From assembly GCA_900617105.1 (NCBI GenBank), contig UYFQ01000001.1:1426001-1490000 (forward strand): 64,000 bases of DNA, given 5' to 3'. This stretch comes from Hydrurus foetidus (lineage: Eukaryota). A program made the position numbers and the translations under genes. The notes beneath the pieces are model-generated. The model was not told the DNA's origin. It saw only the letters and a program-made list of their open reading frames with translations, and searched no databases. Numbering within the stretch: the stretch's first letter is position 1; each line of letters starts with the position of its first letter. This document shows, in pieces, positions 20,763 to 29,900 of the stretch.

Positions 20763-21656
20763 TCATACGTTCTTCCCTTTTCCCTGTGCCGGAGCCTTCT
20801 GGCTCTCGGCAAATCCCGGAGCGAGCGCTGCGCTCTCCACTCCATAAAGTGTTTGTGGATTTCTAAGCCACAAATGATGCGCGGCATGATCAAGCCTGTG
20901 ATCCGGGGTCGAGTCAATCGACCATCTGCGCAGCACATAGCCAGCCAGCGCTGCCCTTGCTTTGATTTTCAAGACGCCTTCTTGCATCCCATAGTCCGAC
21001 TCGATCGCTCTGGGCCAAGCAATGCCAGGATGCGGCACGAGCTCCATGTCGACGATCCGAGCCCACTGCTCATCGGCCGCTAGCGTTTCTGTGTCGGCCA
21101 CCGGCCCTTCGACCTCGCTTGCAGCCTCGATCCTGGTAAGCACAAAGTCTGAAAAGCGCTCGCGGTTTCGGTCATAAGCGCGGACATGCCAACGGAGGCC
21201 GTTGTCGGCCAAGGCAACTGGCACGATCTCCCGACTCTTTGCTCCCGACGATAACGACAGGTAGCTCACCGTCAAGGCGCGCTTCGCGCAGAGAGCCCTC
21301 GTAATGGCTCCAAGCACCCTCAGATCAGGCTTGACTAAATGACCCGGCCCCTCGCAAGGCGCGGCCTGCTTCAAGCCAAGATTAAGCCCGTCGCCATAGC
21401 CCTCCAACAGCCACGAGAGCACCCGTTCGGGTTGAAAGTCAAACACGGCCTTGAACGCTTCGGAGGGCCGGTAACAGCGCGCAACGGCGTCATAGTCAAG
21501 ATTTGTGGGAGCCAAATCGCGGTAGGCGCTTAGGTCTCGCGATGCGGCAGCCGGCTTGATGCCAAAACGGGCTTCCAGGTCTGCCCGCCTCAGCTCTCCG
21601 GTGAAAAACGCGCGCAGCTCAAGGAAGGCTAGCCGTTCCTGCTGCGTCTGCGACAT
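20763..21656 (-). CDS. WYL-domain transcriptional regulator (CapW/BrxR-like wHTH-WYL-WCX)
   Basis: wHTH RRADLEARFGIKPAAASRDL; WYL RWHVRAYDR...FSDFVLTRI; heads the defence operon. Confidence 0.88.
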   Translation of the reverse strand: MSQTQQERLAFLELRAFFTGELRRADLEARFGIKPAAASRDLSAYRDLAPTNLDYDAVARCYRPSEAFKAVFDFQPERVLSWLLEGYGDGLNLGLKQAAPCEGPGHLVKPDLRVLGAITRALCAKRALTVSYLSLSSGAKSREIVPVALADNGLRWHVRAYDRNRERFSDFVLTRIEAASEVEGPVADTETLAADEQWARIVDMELVPHPGIAWPRAIESDYGMQEGVLKIKARAALAGYVLRRWSIDSTPDHRLDHAAHHLWLRNPQTLYGVESAALAPGFAESQKAPAQGKGKNV

Positions 21657-21742
21657 CTCCAAATCGTTGTCCAAAGTCCCCTTTCCCGGGCCATGAAGCC
21701 CATGCGCGAAGCAAGGATCGCGCCTACAAGAAAGAGAATACC

Positions 21743-21789
21743 ACACTCATCATTTTGATGCGCTATTGTTTCGAAAAATAGACGAGTGT
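21743..21789. promoter_or_regulatory. Candidate operator of the WYL regulator
   Basis: Imperfect inverted repeat acactcatcatttt...aaaatagacgagtgt about 90-130 bp upstream of the WYL start. Confidence 0.4.
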
Positions 21790-21906
21790 TGCTCATCGGC
21801 CAGCCCAAGCGTGAGAACCTCGAAGCTAAGAGGATTTGAGGATGGCAACAAAAAAGCATAAATGCTTGCGAGTGCTGAGGATGGTGAATCCTTCTGTGCT
21901 TTCGTC

Positions 21907-23544
21907 TCAATCATCAAAAGGCGGCTTGTCGTTGCCTGTGGAAATTTCAATGTGAGCATCGCCGTCATCAAACTGGTTGTAAGCGAGGTAGACGCAGCGC
22001 GGTCGTCCTTCCTCTCGTCCGCGCGGTGCCTCGATAGACCCCACATTCAAGTGTGAGATGAGGCGCTTATAAAAGCTGGGTTGAGCCAATGGTTTCATTC
22101 CTTGACCCTCGGTCCACTCCACATAGTCCCTATACACCTGGTCTTTCTGCATAGCGCTTTCGAAAGAAAACACAACTCCAAATTCGCGAATAAATCCGAG
22201 GGTGGCATCGGATGCCTCGACCGCCTCACCGTTCATCTTGCGGCAGATGTCTGGCAAATTGTCATAGTCGAAGCTGCGACGGCCGACGACGCGAGTGGCC
22301 CCGGTCAACGCCCAGTCGAAAAATGCCTTTGCCTCATTGGCGATGATCATGTCTTCAAGGTTGGCGATACGATCCTTCACCGATAGCCTTGCGGTAAATG
22401 GAACGAAAAGAAATCGCCGCCCAAGCGCTGCCGCTCCGCCATGATCGAAACGCGGCAAGTCGTTTCCACAAATCAGAAAGCGCGCCTTTGGACGCACGGT
22501 GATGCGTCTTTTGCCCTTGCGATTGATCGACATGGGGTCGCCGGTTACCGCCGACTTTATGTCCTTCGATTGAATGGCCTCGTTGATGGGCAGCTCGTCC
22601 ACAGTTGCAAGGGAAACGCCGCACTCGATTCCCTCAAGGCTAAAACCATCTTTAGATCCAATATCAAACGCCATGGTCGATTTCCGATGAAGGATTCGCG
22701 ATGTCAATGATGAGAGCAATCCCTTGCCATCTCCGCCACCTCCAATCATCACTAGTGCAACGCCAAGATTCAACGCTGAAGGCGGGATCATGGTGTAGCC
22801 GATGAAATCCTGGACGACTGTTCGCACCCCGACATCGGCAAGGCTTAGCTTCAAATACTCGCTGAAAATCGGTGCGCCATCCAAGGTTCCCGGCTTGTAT
22901 TCTTCTCCGACTTTCCCCCCAAGCTTCACCGGAACACAGCTTGTAAAGCCAAGTTTTGGATCAGGCGCGAAGCGCATCCAACGAACGCCATCCTCCTCGT
23001 TCTTAGCCTCGAGGTAAAAATCCTCGCACGCCACCAAAGTGCGTTGAGCATCTTGGTCGGGCAAAAGGTAGGGCGAATGATGAAGAGTCGCCGCGCACTG
23101 TCGGGCCATAGAGTCATTCGCTTCATTGCCAAAGAATACCGTCAACCATCTCCAAGCGTCGAGCACCAGTTTCACTTCATCTACTAATTCCCAAAATGAG
23201 CCATTCCAAAAATGAAGGTCGCCCACAGAATTGACCGCCCAGCGGCCCGTCGCCTGTTGCGCTAGCGTGAAGGTTTGCGCAATTTTCTCGTTGGGGTCCC
23301 GAGGCAGTGGCGGAGCATCCGTCTTCCAGTCAGGATTTAAACCGTTGATGCGAGCCGCGAGCTCAACGCTTTGCTGAAAGCTCGGCGAGCTCATTGGTGT
23401 TGCAGGCAACTTCTTGCGCTGTTCGGCTTTGGACGAATTACCTTGTTCGGACGCGCGCCCCTTGCCCTTCGGAGTCGATTGCAACACCGATATTTGATCA
23501 GCGTGGACGGGGGCGTGAATAAGGTTGTGTGAACTGAACGCCAT
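21907..23544 (-). CDS. P4/D5-family SF3 replicative helicase (no evident primase domain)
   Basis: D5_N-like LHFWNGSFW; Walker A GGGGDGKG; VDEL; IKSAVTGDPMSINRKGK; ICGNDLP; RRFLFVPF; AGGAGG RBS at 23553-23558. Confidence 0.8.
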   Translation of the reverse strand: MAFSSHNLIHAPVHADQISVLQSTPKGKGRASEQGNSSKAEQRKKLPATPMSSPSFQQSVELAARINGLNPDWKTDAPPLPRDPNEKIAQTFTLAQQATGRWAVNSVGDLHFWNGSFWELVDEVKLVLDAWRWLTVFFGNEANDSMARQCAATLHHSPYLLPDQDAQRTLVACEDFYLEAKNEEDGVRWMRFAPDPKLGFTSCVPVKLGGKVGEEYKPGTLDGAPIFSEYLKLSLADVGVRTVVQDFIGYTMIPPSALNLGVALVMIGGGGDGKGLLSSLTSRILHRKSTMAFDIGSKDGFSLEGIECGVSLATVDELPINEAIQSKDIKSAVTGDPMSINRKGKRRITVRPKARFLICGNDLPRFDHGGAAALGRRFLFVPFTARLSVKDRIANLEDMIIANEAKAFFDWALTGATRVVGRRSFDYDNLPDICRKMNGEAVEASDATLGFIREFGVVFSFESAMQKDQVYRDYVEWTEGQGMKPLAQPSFYKRLISHLNVGSIEAPRGREEGRPRCVYLAYNQFDDGDAHIEISTGNDKPPFDD

Positions 23545-23695
23545 GATGCAATCCTCCTGTTTTGCGCCTTCGGACGCTCTTGTGGAGGGGATTGACAGCG
23601 GCAAAGGAAAATGTTTTAAAGAAGATGTCTGTCTGCTGTTCAGCGCCAACTGAACTTTTCCTCGGCCACCGGTTCGCCCCCGGTGGTTGTTTTTT

Positions 23696-23905
23696 TTAGA
23701 CTGATGCTTTTGATGATTGCTTTGGCTTACGGCCCGGCTTTCTCTCTTCCTCGGACAACGCCAATGCTTTGCGCACATAGTTGCTGATCGAAACTCCCGA
23801 CTCTTTCACGCTCCGACGCAGTTGTGCGTCCTCGTCCGGGGTCACTCGAAAACCAATGAAGATATAGGTTTGGCCGTTGCTTGTGTCGTTCTTAACGCTT
23901 TCCAT
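23696..23905 (-). CDS. Small ribbon-helix-helix DNA-binding protein
   Basis: IFIGFRVTPDEDAQLRRSVKESGVSISNYVRKAL; AGGAGG RBS. Confidence 0.65.
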   Translation of the reverse strand: MESVKNDTSNGQTYIFIGFRVTPDEDAQLRRSVKESGVSISNYVRKALALSEEERKPGRKPKQSSKASV

Positions 23906-24011
23906 TGAAGCCTCCTGCGGTGATGTCTCCTTTTGTTTAATCATTTCGCCACCGCCTTGGCAATACCCTTTCGTCGGGAATTGATTTAACAAAACGGTAA
24001 ACCAAATGCCT

Positions 24012-24300
24012 GTCCGGGTGTCCGGGCAGGTCCGGGTGCGTCCGGGTAGGAAAAACCGACCTCGGACAAGGTTTTTTTAAGTGTTTTCATTGGGGAAAGC
24101 CATCGCGGACTTTCCCCTTGTCCAGGTAAATTTCAAATTTCAGCTGATCGGCCTCGAGCGCGTGCATGCGCACATGTGCGTGCACATGTGCGTATAGTCA
24201 TATCTATATGGACACCCCGGACAGAGGACTTGTTTTCATTGGGAAAAATGTTGTCCGGGGTCCAAAAAAGCGACCCGGACGCACCCGGACGAGCCCGGAC
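24012..24300. repeat. Putative replication origin: convergent GTCCGGG iterons around a purine-pyrimidine tract
   Basis: GTCCGGG at 24012, 24020, 24030, 24040, 24253; CCCGGAC at 24216, 24274, 24284, 24294; GTTTTCATTGGG at 24082 and 24232. Confidence 0.7.
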
Positions 24301-24672
24301 AGGAAAGTTGGGTCTAGCCCTTTTCTGAAGAGAAGGATTCGCTTCAGAAAGGGAAATTGAAGTTATGGCCTAGGACGGCCTAACACCGTTTTGGCGTTGG
24401 GCCAAGTGTTAGGCCAGAAATTGCAGGATCAAGTTGACGCCATCACCGATCGCTGCATGCCGGCAAAGAGATGTCTCGGCTTTCCGAGCTCGCAAGTATT
24501 TATGCGAGTTGATGTTTCGAGAATAAGTCCTCAACACGAAGCTTAGTCGACGACCATCCCCGCATGCCGAAAACTCCCGATATTGCTTTTGGGAGCCATG
24601 GCATGTGGAGATGGTCGTTGGTGCCCATGAAGGCCGAAAAACCAGTTACCAAGACGTTGTTTCCGTGGCGAT

Positions 24673-26808
24673 TCAGACCATGGACTGGCCGTCTTCTGGC
24701 CCATCCTGCTGATTGCCACTGCGTTCTTTCAATTTCTCATCTTGGAGCCTTTGTTGCTGATCCAGCGCAGCTTGCAGCATTTCCTTTTCCTCATCGCTTA
24801 TATCGATGACCGCAGGCGGATCGTTGATCAAAGGAGCCTCGCGTTCAAGCCATGATGTATAGGCCTTGAACCCCATCTTTCTGCACTGTTCTTTCTGCTC
24901 GTCGTCGAAATACTTAAAAGCGTGCAGAAGCTCAAGCAGTTCGTAGTCGCTAACGCTGAATTTGTGTCTTCGAATCTCCGACTGGGTGTTTCTGATGCGC
25001 TGGGCAAGCGTTGCGTTGCCGCGCCCCAGCATTTCTTTGACAGCCATGGCAAGCTTGTGTTGCGATGGCAAAGGTTTAGGCGCCTTGCGCACTTCATCGT
25101 AAGGAATCAAAGGCCAGTCCAGCTTGTAAATGTCGCCCGACATGGGCGCCAGCAACGCCCGTATGGCGGAAGGCCGAAACCCGCCCTTGCCGTCGGAGAC
25201 TTTGCCGACGGGTCCGATTTCTGTTCCAAGCTGTCCAGGCAAAATCACAGGAATTGTTTTTTCCTGGCTTGCAGTCGATGAGTTCAATCCGCCCGCGCTG
25301 GCGGATTGCGAGATGTTCTTGAAGCTGACCTCCCTGTTGCCAAAGCTTTGCGCGATATGCGCCTGCGCCTGCGAGGCAGTTGTCCTTGCGATGACCTTGA
25401 TGGACGCATTTGAATAGAGGACTTCGGCCACTTGCTTGCCGTATAGAAGTTCGAGCTGCGCATAGTCCTGGCAAGCAATGATGGTCATGATGCCTCGGCT
25501 GCGGCCGACCTCGTAATACTCTCTCAAACTGTTGACAGGTGCCGGAAGCTGCGCGACTTCATCAAGGAAAAAGGTTCTGGGAGTTTTAGTGTTGTTCGGC
25601 AAACCGGAAATCATCGTTCCGATGTAATCGAGCACAAACGGAATGAGAAAGCCGACCGCTCCCTCATTCTCGCGGTCGAAGGTAAGAACCACGCCTTTGA
25701 TGGGGTAATCGTTTTCGGTCATCCATCTGCGGATGCTAAAGAGTTGCCCGCCGAGTTCTTTGCCCTCCACAAAAAGTTCTGCAATCGCACCTAGCTTGCG
25801 AAGATCGGTGGCGATATTGAAGGCCACCGACGATTGAACGGAAGCGGCGGTGTCGAGGATTTTCACAAGATCGGGGGCATCCTCGCGCAATATTTGGAGC
25901 CATTCGGTTATGGGTTGAGCCAATAGCTCGGCCAAATCCTGCCATGTCCATTTGAGGGGCTTTGTCTTGACCAATCGTTTCACCAGCGCGGCAAACACCG
26001 CGTTGGCTGCCGCCTCCCAAACTTTGCCATGTCCGCTCGCGCTCACACGCACCAAGTTGTTTGCGAAAGCTTCTGCTTGCGCAAAAGTGGTGATATCCAA
26101 ACCAATGTCGAGAATGAGGGAACCGCGGAGCCATGGCGCCAAGAAATGCGCCTTGGGTCCGAGCTTTTGTATTTGCTCCTTCTTCACATCAAGAGACATA
26201 AAGAACTCGTCGCGTTCGAGAGCAGCCTTGATCTGTGGAAGCCAGATTGAAGTCTTGCCAGAACCCGGCGAACCAAAACAAAGAACGCCATTTCCAAGCT
26301 CGGCTCGCGACACTTTGAAATCAGGATGGAAAAACGGTTCCATGCCCGGAGTAAGTGTCCGGCGCAGCATCGCTGGAGCGTCATCGCCGTCGTATAGCCG
26401 CGCACCGCGGATATGTTCGTATGCATCCCTTGGGACAAGAGCGCCCTTGGACGCGAACCAAGCCAGCGTCCCGCTGATCCCCGCGCAGACGACAGCCTTG
26501 CATGCCAGCGCAATTGCAAGGCCGGCTGCTGAGATGTTCTGGAGAACGCCTTGGGCGAATTGAGGGAATAGGACACCTCCGCTCAATCCCCAAGCGGCAA
26601 GCTTGCCTCCAATGCTCCACGCTTGCCAAAAGTTCGCGCTAGCGGGCACGGGCCATTTGCCAGCCCACGCCGCCCAAAGGGATATCCCAACGCCAAAGAA
26701 CAGAATGGCAAAAACAACGATAAAGGACATGGGCCTTCGGCGCTTGATGTGCGGCGACATCAAGGCGTCGGCTGTTCCTCCAAAGACATTCCGAATAGGT
26801 TGAGACAT
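24673..26808 (-). CDS. Type IV coupling protein (TrwB/TraD-like)
   Basis: N-terminal TM helices, GSPGSGKTS, FFLDEVAQL, GRSRG, QDYAQL; downstream of the relaxase. Confidence 0.88.
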   Translation of the reverse strand: MSQPIRNVFGGTADALMSPHIKRRRPMSFIVVFAILFFGVGISLWAAWAGKWPVPASANFWQAWSIGGKLAAWGLSGGVLFPQFAQGVLQNISAAGLAIALACKAVVCAGISGTLAWFASKGALVPRDAYEHIRGARLYDGDDAPAMLRRTLTPGMEPFFHPDFKVSRAELGNGVLCFGSPGSGKTSIWLPQIKAALERDEFFMSLDVKKEQIQKLGPKAHFLAPWLRGSLILDIGLDITTFAQAEAFANNLVRVSASGHGKVWEAAANAVFAALVKRLVKTKPLKWTWQDLAELLAQPITEWLQILREDAPDLVKILDTAASVQSSVAFNIATDLRKLGAIAELFVEGKELGGQLFSIRRWMTENDYPIKGVVLTFDRENEGAVGFLIPFVLDYIGTMISGLPNNTKTPRTFFLDEVAQLPAPVNSLREYYEVGRSRGIMTIIACQDYAQLELLYGKQVAEVLYSNASIKVIARTTASQAQAHIAQSFGNREVSFKNISQSASAGGLNSSTASQEKTIPVILPGQLGTEIGPVGKVSDGKGGFRPSAIRALLAPMSGDIYKLDWPLIPYDEVRKAPKPLPSQHKLAMAVKEMLGRGNATLAQRIRNTQSEIRRHKFSVSDYELLELLHAFKYFDDEQKEQCRKMGFKAYTSWLEREAPLINDPPAVIDISDEEKEMLQAALDQQQRLQDEKLKERSGNQQDGPEDGQSMV

Positions 26809-26837
26809 GGTGCCCTCCGAGAGATGGTGATGTTTCC

Positions 26838-26891
26838 ACCATCTCAAATCGAGCGCGACACGACAATGACGTCAACCGACCGACAGTCGGA
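26838..26891 (-). promoter_or_regulatory. Element-type promoter with GTCG-N5-CGAC-like box, upstream of T4CP
   Basis: On -: cggtcggttgacgtca-TTGTCG-17 bp (ending TGA)-GATGGT. Confidence 0.65.
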
Positions 26892-26925
26892 TGGCAGGCA
26901 AGCAAAAGGGCCTTCGAGTTTGGTA

Positions 26926-29900
26926 TTAGACCAACCTCCGCTGTCCCAGCTCCCGTTCTTGCGCCAACTCCCTCTGCTTGCGCAATTCGATTTCTTGGCT
27001 GCTGCTCCGAGCGATGGCCTCGGAGCGGGTCATCGTGGCGTTTGCTCCCTCGACTTGGTAGGCGCCGTTCTTTGCGCGGGAGACGGCGAGTTCCTTAGAT
27101 GCGGACGGATCACTTTCAGCGGCGGGGTTAGTGATGAACGCGCGCTTTGGCGCGCCCGACTCCACCTGAATCTTGATAGGTCTATCCTTGGCATCCACCT
27201 CCATGCCTAGCTCGCCGCGGTTGCCGAATAATTCGGTTCGCGGGAGTTTGTAGTAGGTCGTGTTTTTACCCTCCGTCATTTGGAAAAGCACGGTGTCGTG
27301 GTCGACATGAATGACATAGCCATCGAGTATCTTGCCGTCGGCAATGTTTTCTGCCTGGATCGGCTTGCGGGGGAATAGGCCGTCCTGCTTGATCGCCGAC
27401 AGCTTCTCTTCCCAAAGCGCATTCCTGGCGTCAGCGGTGGCCTGAGCTTTGACTAGCATTTGGGATGGCGTCTTGTTGTTGTCATCAAGAATATCCATGG
27501 CGTCCGCGCCTGCTTTTGAAGTAACGATATTCATGGCTTGTTTGGCGTCCATGGTGATTCCGTTTTTAAGCAAGACGGTTTCCATGTGCGGAACGGCCTG
27601 CGCCATATAGTGGACCAGCGTGCTTCCGGCCCACTTCGCTTTTGGATCGAACCCGCCTTCGTTGATCTTCTCCACGGCTTCGCGCCAGAATCGGTGAGCC
27701 GTGTCGGAAGACTTGTTGATGGATAGGACAGCTCCATTGACCGCGTTGATGATCTCGCAGCCTTTGTCGGTCGCGAGCTGGGCTCTGCGCGCCGCTTCGC
27801 GCTCGGCGCGCTCTTTGAGCACGCGCTCGCCTTCGGCGCGAAGCCTAGCTTCGATGGCTTCTTGCGACTCCACCCCCACTGCTCGGGCGACTGCCGCGCC
27901 AAGACCTGTCACAGCGCTGGCCGCCTTGGAGAAAAAGCCGGTTTTTTCGGAAGCGTTCGAGACGGGTTCGCCGCTCTGAGCTGCTTTGACTTCCGGGGCT
28001 TTCTTGATTTCGGGAGTCCTCACCGCCGATTCAAGTGCGCTCCTGCGAGCCTCATCACTTGGTGCGATAGCTCTGCCATCGATTTCCACCCAGCCCAACG
28101 CCCCATTTGCTTCGCGCTTGACCAACATGCTGTGAGCGCGACCCATTTTTTTGGCCGCATCCAATTTGCTGATGTCTTCTTTGATTTCATGAGAACCGAC
28201 AAAGGCGGCAATAAAGACTTCCTGCCCGGCTGCGTTTGCCTTCATCACAATGTATTCTTTTCCAGAGCCTGGCATGGCACGGGAACACTCATAGGTTGCC
28301 GACAATTGCCCTTCCCGATTGAAGAATCGATCCGGCAATAGTTTCAATGAAACAGCGGGAGTATTGCTGGTTCCAATTTTTCCGTCTGCGATTTGATGCT
28401 CGATTTTCGCAAGCGCATCTGCGCGCTCTTGATCGGCTGCATTGGGGACCAAGACTGCCGCTTGGGCTTGCACCATTTGCTTTTCCCACTTTGAGAAATC
28501 GGCAAGTTGATCCGGTGTCGAACCGATTGGCGCATACCATGTTTTGGCTTCCTCGTCCCACCTGGCTCCGAGCTCTTTGGCTTGCTTGATTTCATCGATG
28601 TTGTTGGGAACATTAAGGTTCTTGCGCTCCTGCGAGCAAGCCCAACGGCTAAATGGTTTCGTTGAGACTCCTTCGGGCACATGCCAAACCTTATTGTCGA
28701 TATCGAACTTCGCGCCCGCAGCTTTTGCCGCTGCTCTTTCATGAATCGGGACCATCAGAATCACTGATTCAGCGGCCCGCTCGGCCCATGATCTCTCTTG
28801 CGCCTTTTTTGCTGCATGCTTGATCTGTTCAGGATCGATTCCCACCAAAGCAGCGATCTCGTCGCTCGATGTATCAAGCGCCTGACCCGACTCGTTGATG
28901 GCTTCGATTTGGCCTCTGTCGCCGAGTTTTAGGTAGGCCGCGCAGCCCTGATACTCCACGGACGCTCCCACTGCCTTGCCTTGGATGATGTCAAGATTGA
29001 CCTCAACTCCTGCCCATCCCACATCGACGATTTTTTCGCCGAGCGATTGCGTCCAGCCCGGCGCCTTGGCCGCCAGAAGGCCTTCGGCTGCATTGAGCAA
29101 AAAGTGCTTCCCCTGCTCGGTGTCGTTCCAAGCAATCATTCCGCTTTGGCTGCGGTGCTCGGCTTGTCCTGTCAGCCTCGCGGTCAACTTCGAGACGAGG
29201 AAAGGCCTGTGGCGCGAACCGTCCGGCTCGGTCGACTTGGGTTTCCAAAGATTCAGCCATTCTTTTGGCAAATCCTTTGGCGCAACCGAGGACCGCAGGT
29301 CGTGGTCCCATGCCACCCCAAGTTTTCTCGCGATTTCGCGATCGGCATAAGGCACATCCAGAAGGTTGCGCCCCAGCTTGTCCAATCCGGGCATCTCGTC
29401 GGCTGGGAGGTATTTGGCGACAAGCGCCAATGCGGTTCCCGGCTCCGCGATATAGGCTCGCTCTTCTTTGCTCCAGTGAATGCCTTTGATCTTCGCTTTC
29501 GTGATCTCATTGCCTTGGTCGTAGGGCACTTTGAACGACAAGGGAACTTGCAACGCCTCCCATTTGGACAGGATCGCCATGTTTGCATCTTTGGGCGCAT
29601 ACCAGACATCGGCTGAGCGGTCGTATTCGGCGCCTGCCCTGAGGGCTTCATCGGCTTGCTTTGGCGGAACCGACAACAAGATCGAAACCTTGGATCGCTC
29701 GGACAAAGCTTGCGCTTTATGCTCCCTTGCCTTTGCGAGCTGCTGGGTTTTGCGATCCTCATTGGCGTTCTTGTATTGAGCTTTTAGCACCGATTCGTTG
29801 ATCCCGACGGTGGCCGCAAGGCCGCGGCGATCCAAAATGATGGCGGAGCCGTTCACGCGTCCAGCCAGACGGCCATGCTCATCAATATGCCACTCAAAGG

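Noticed and set aside
20732..20938. N-terminal extension of the Res-like ORF given in the ORF track
   Set aside because: Overlaps the WYL gene; a TTG with GGAG RBS at 20731 fits better
23545..23778. N-terminal extension of the helicase ORF
   Set aside because: Overlaps the RHH gene; a strong AGGAGG RBS supports 23544
24012..24300. CRISPR array
   Set aside because: Repeats are 7 bp, convergent and lack spacers; no cas genes; no CRISPR array seen anywhere in the window
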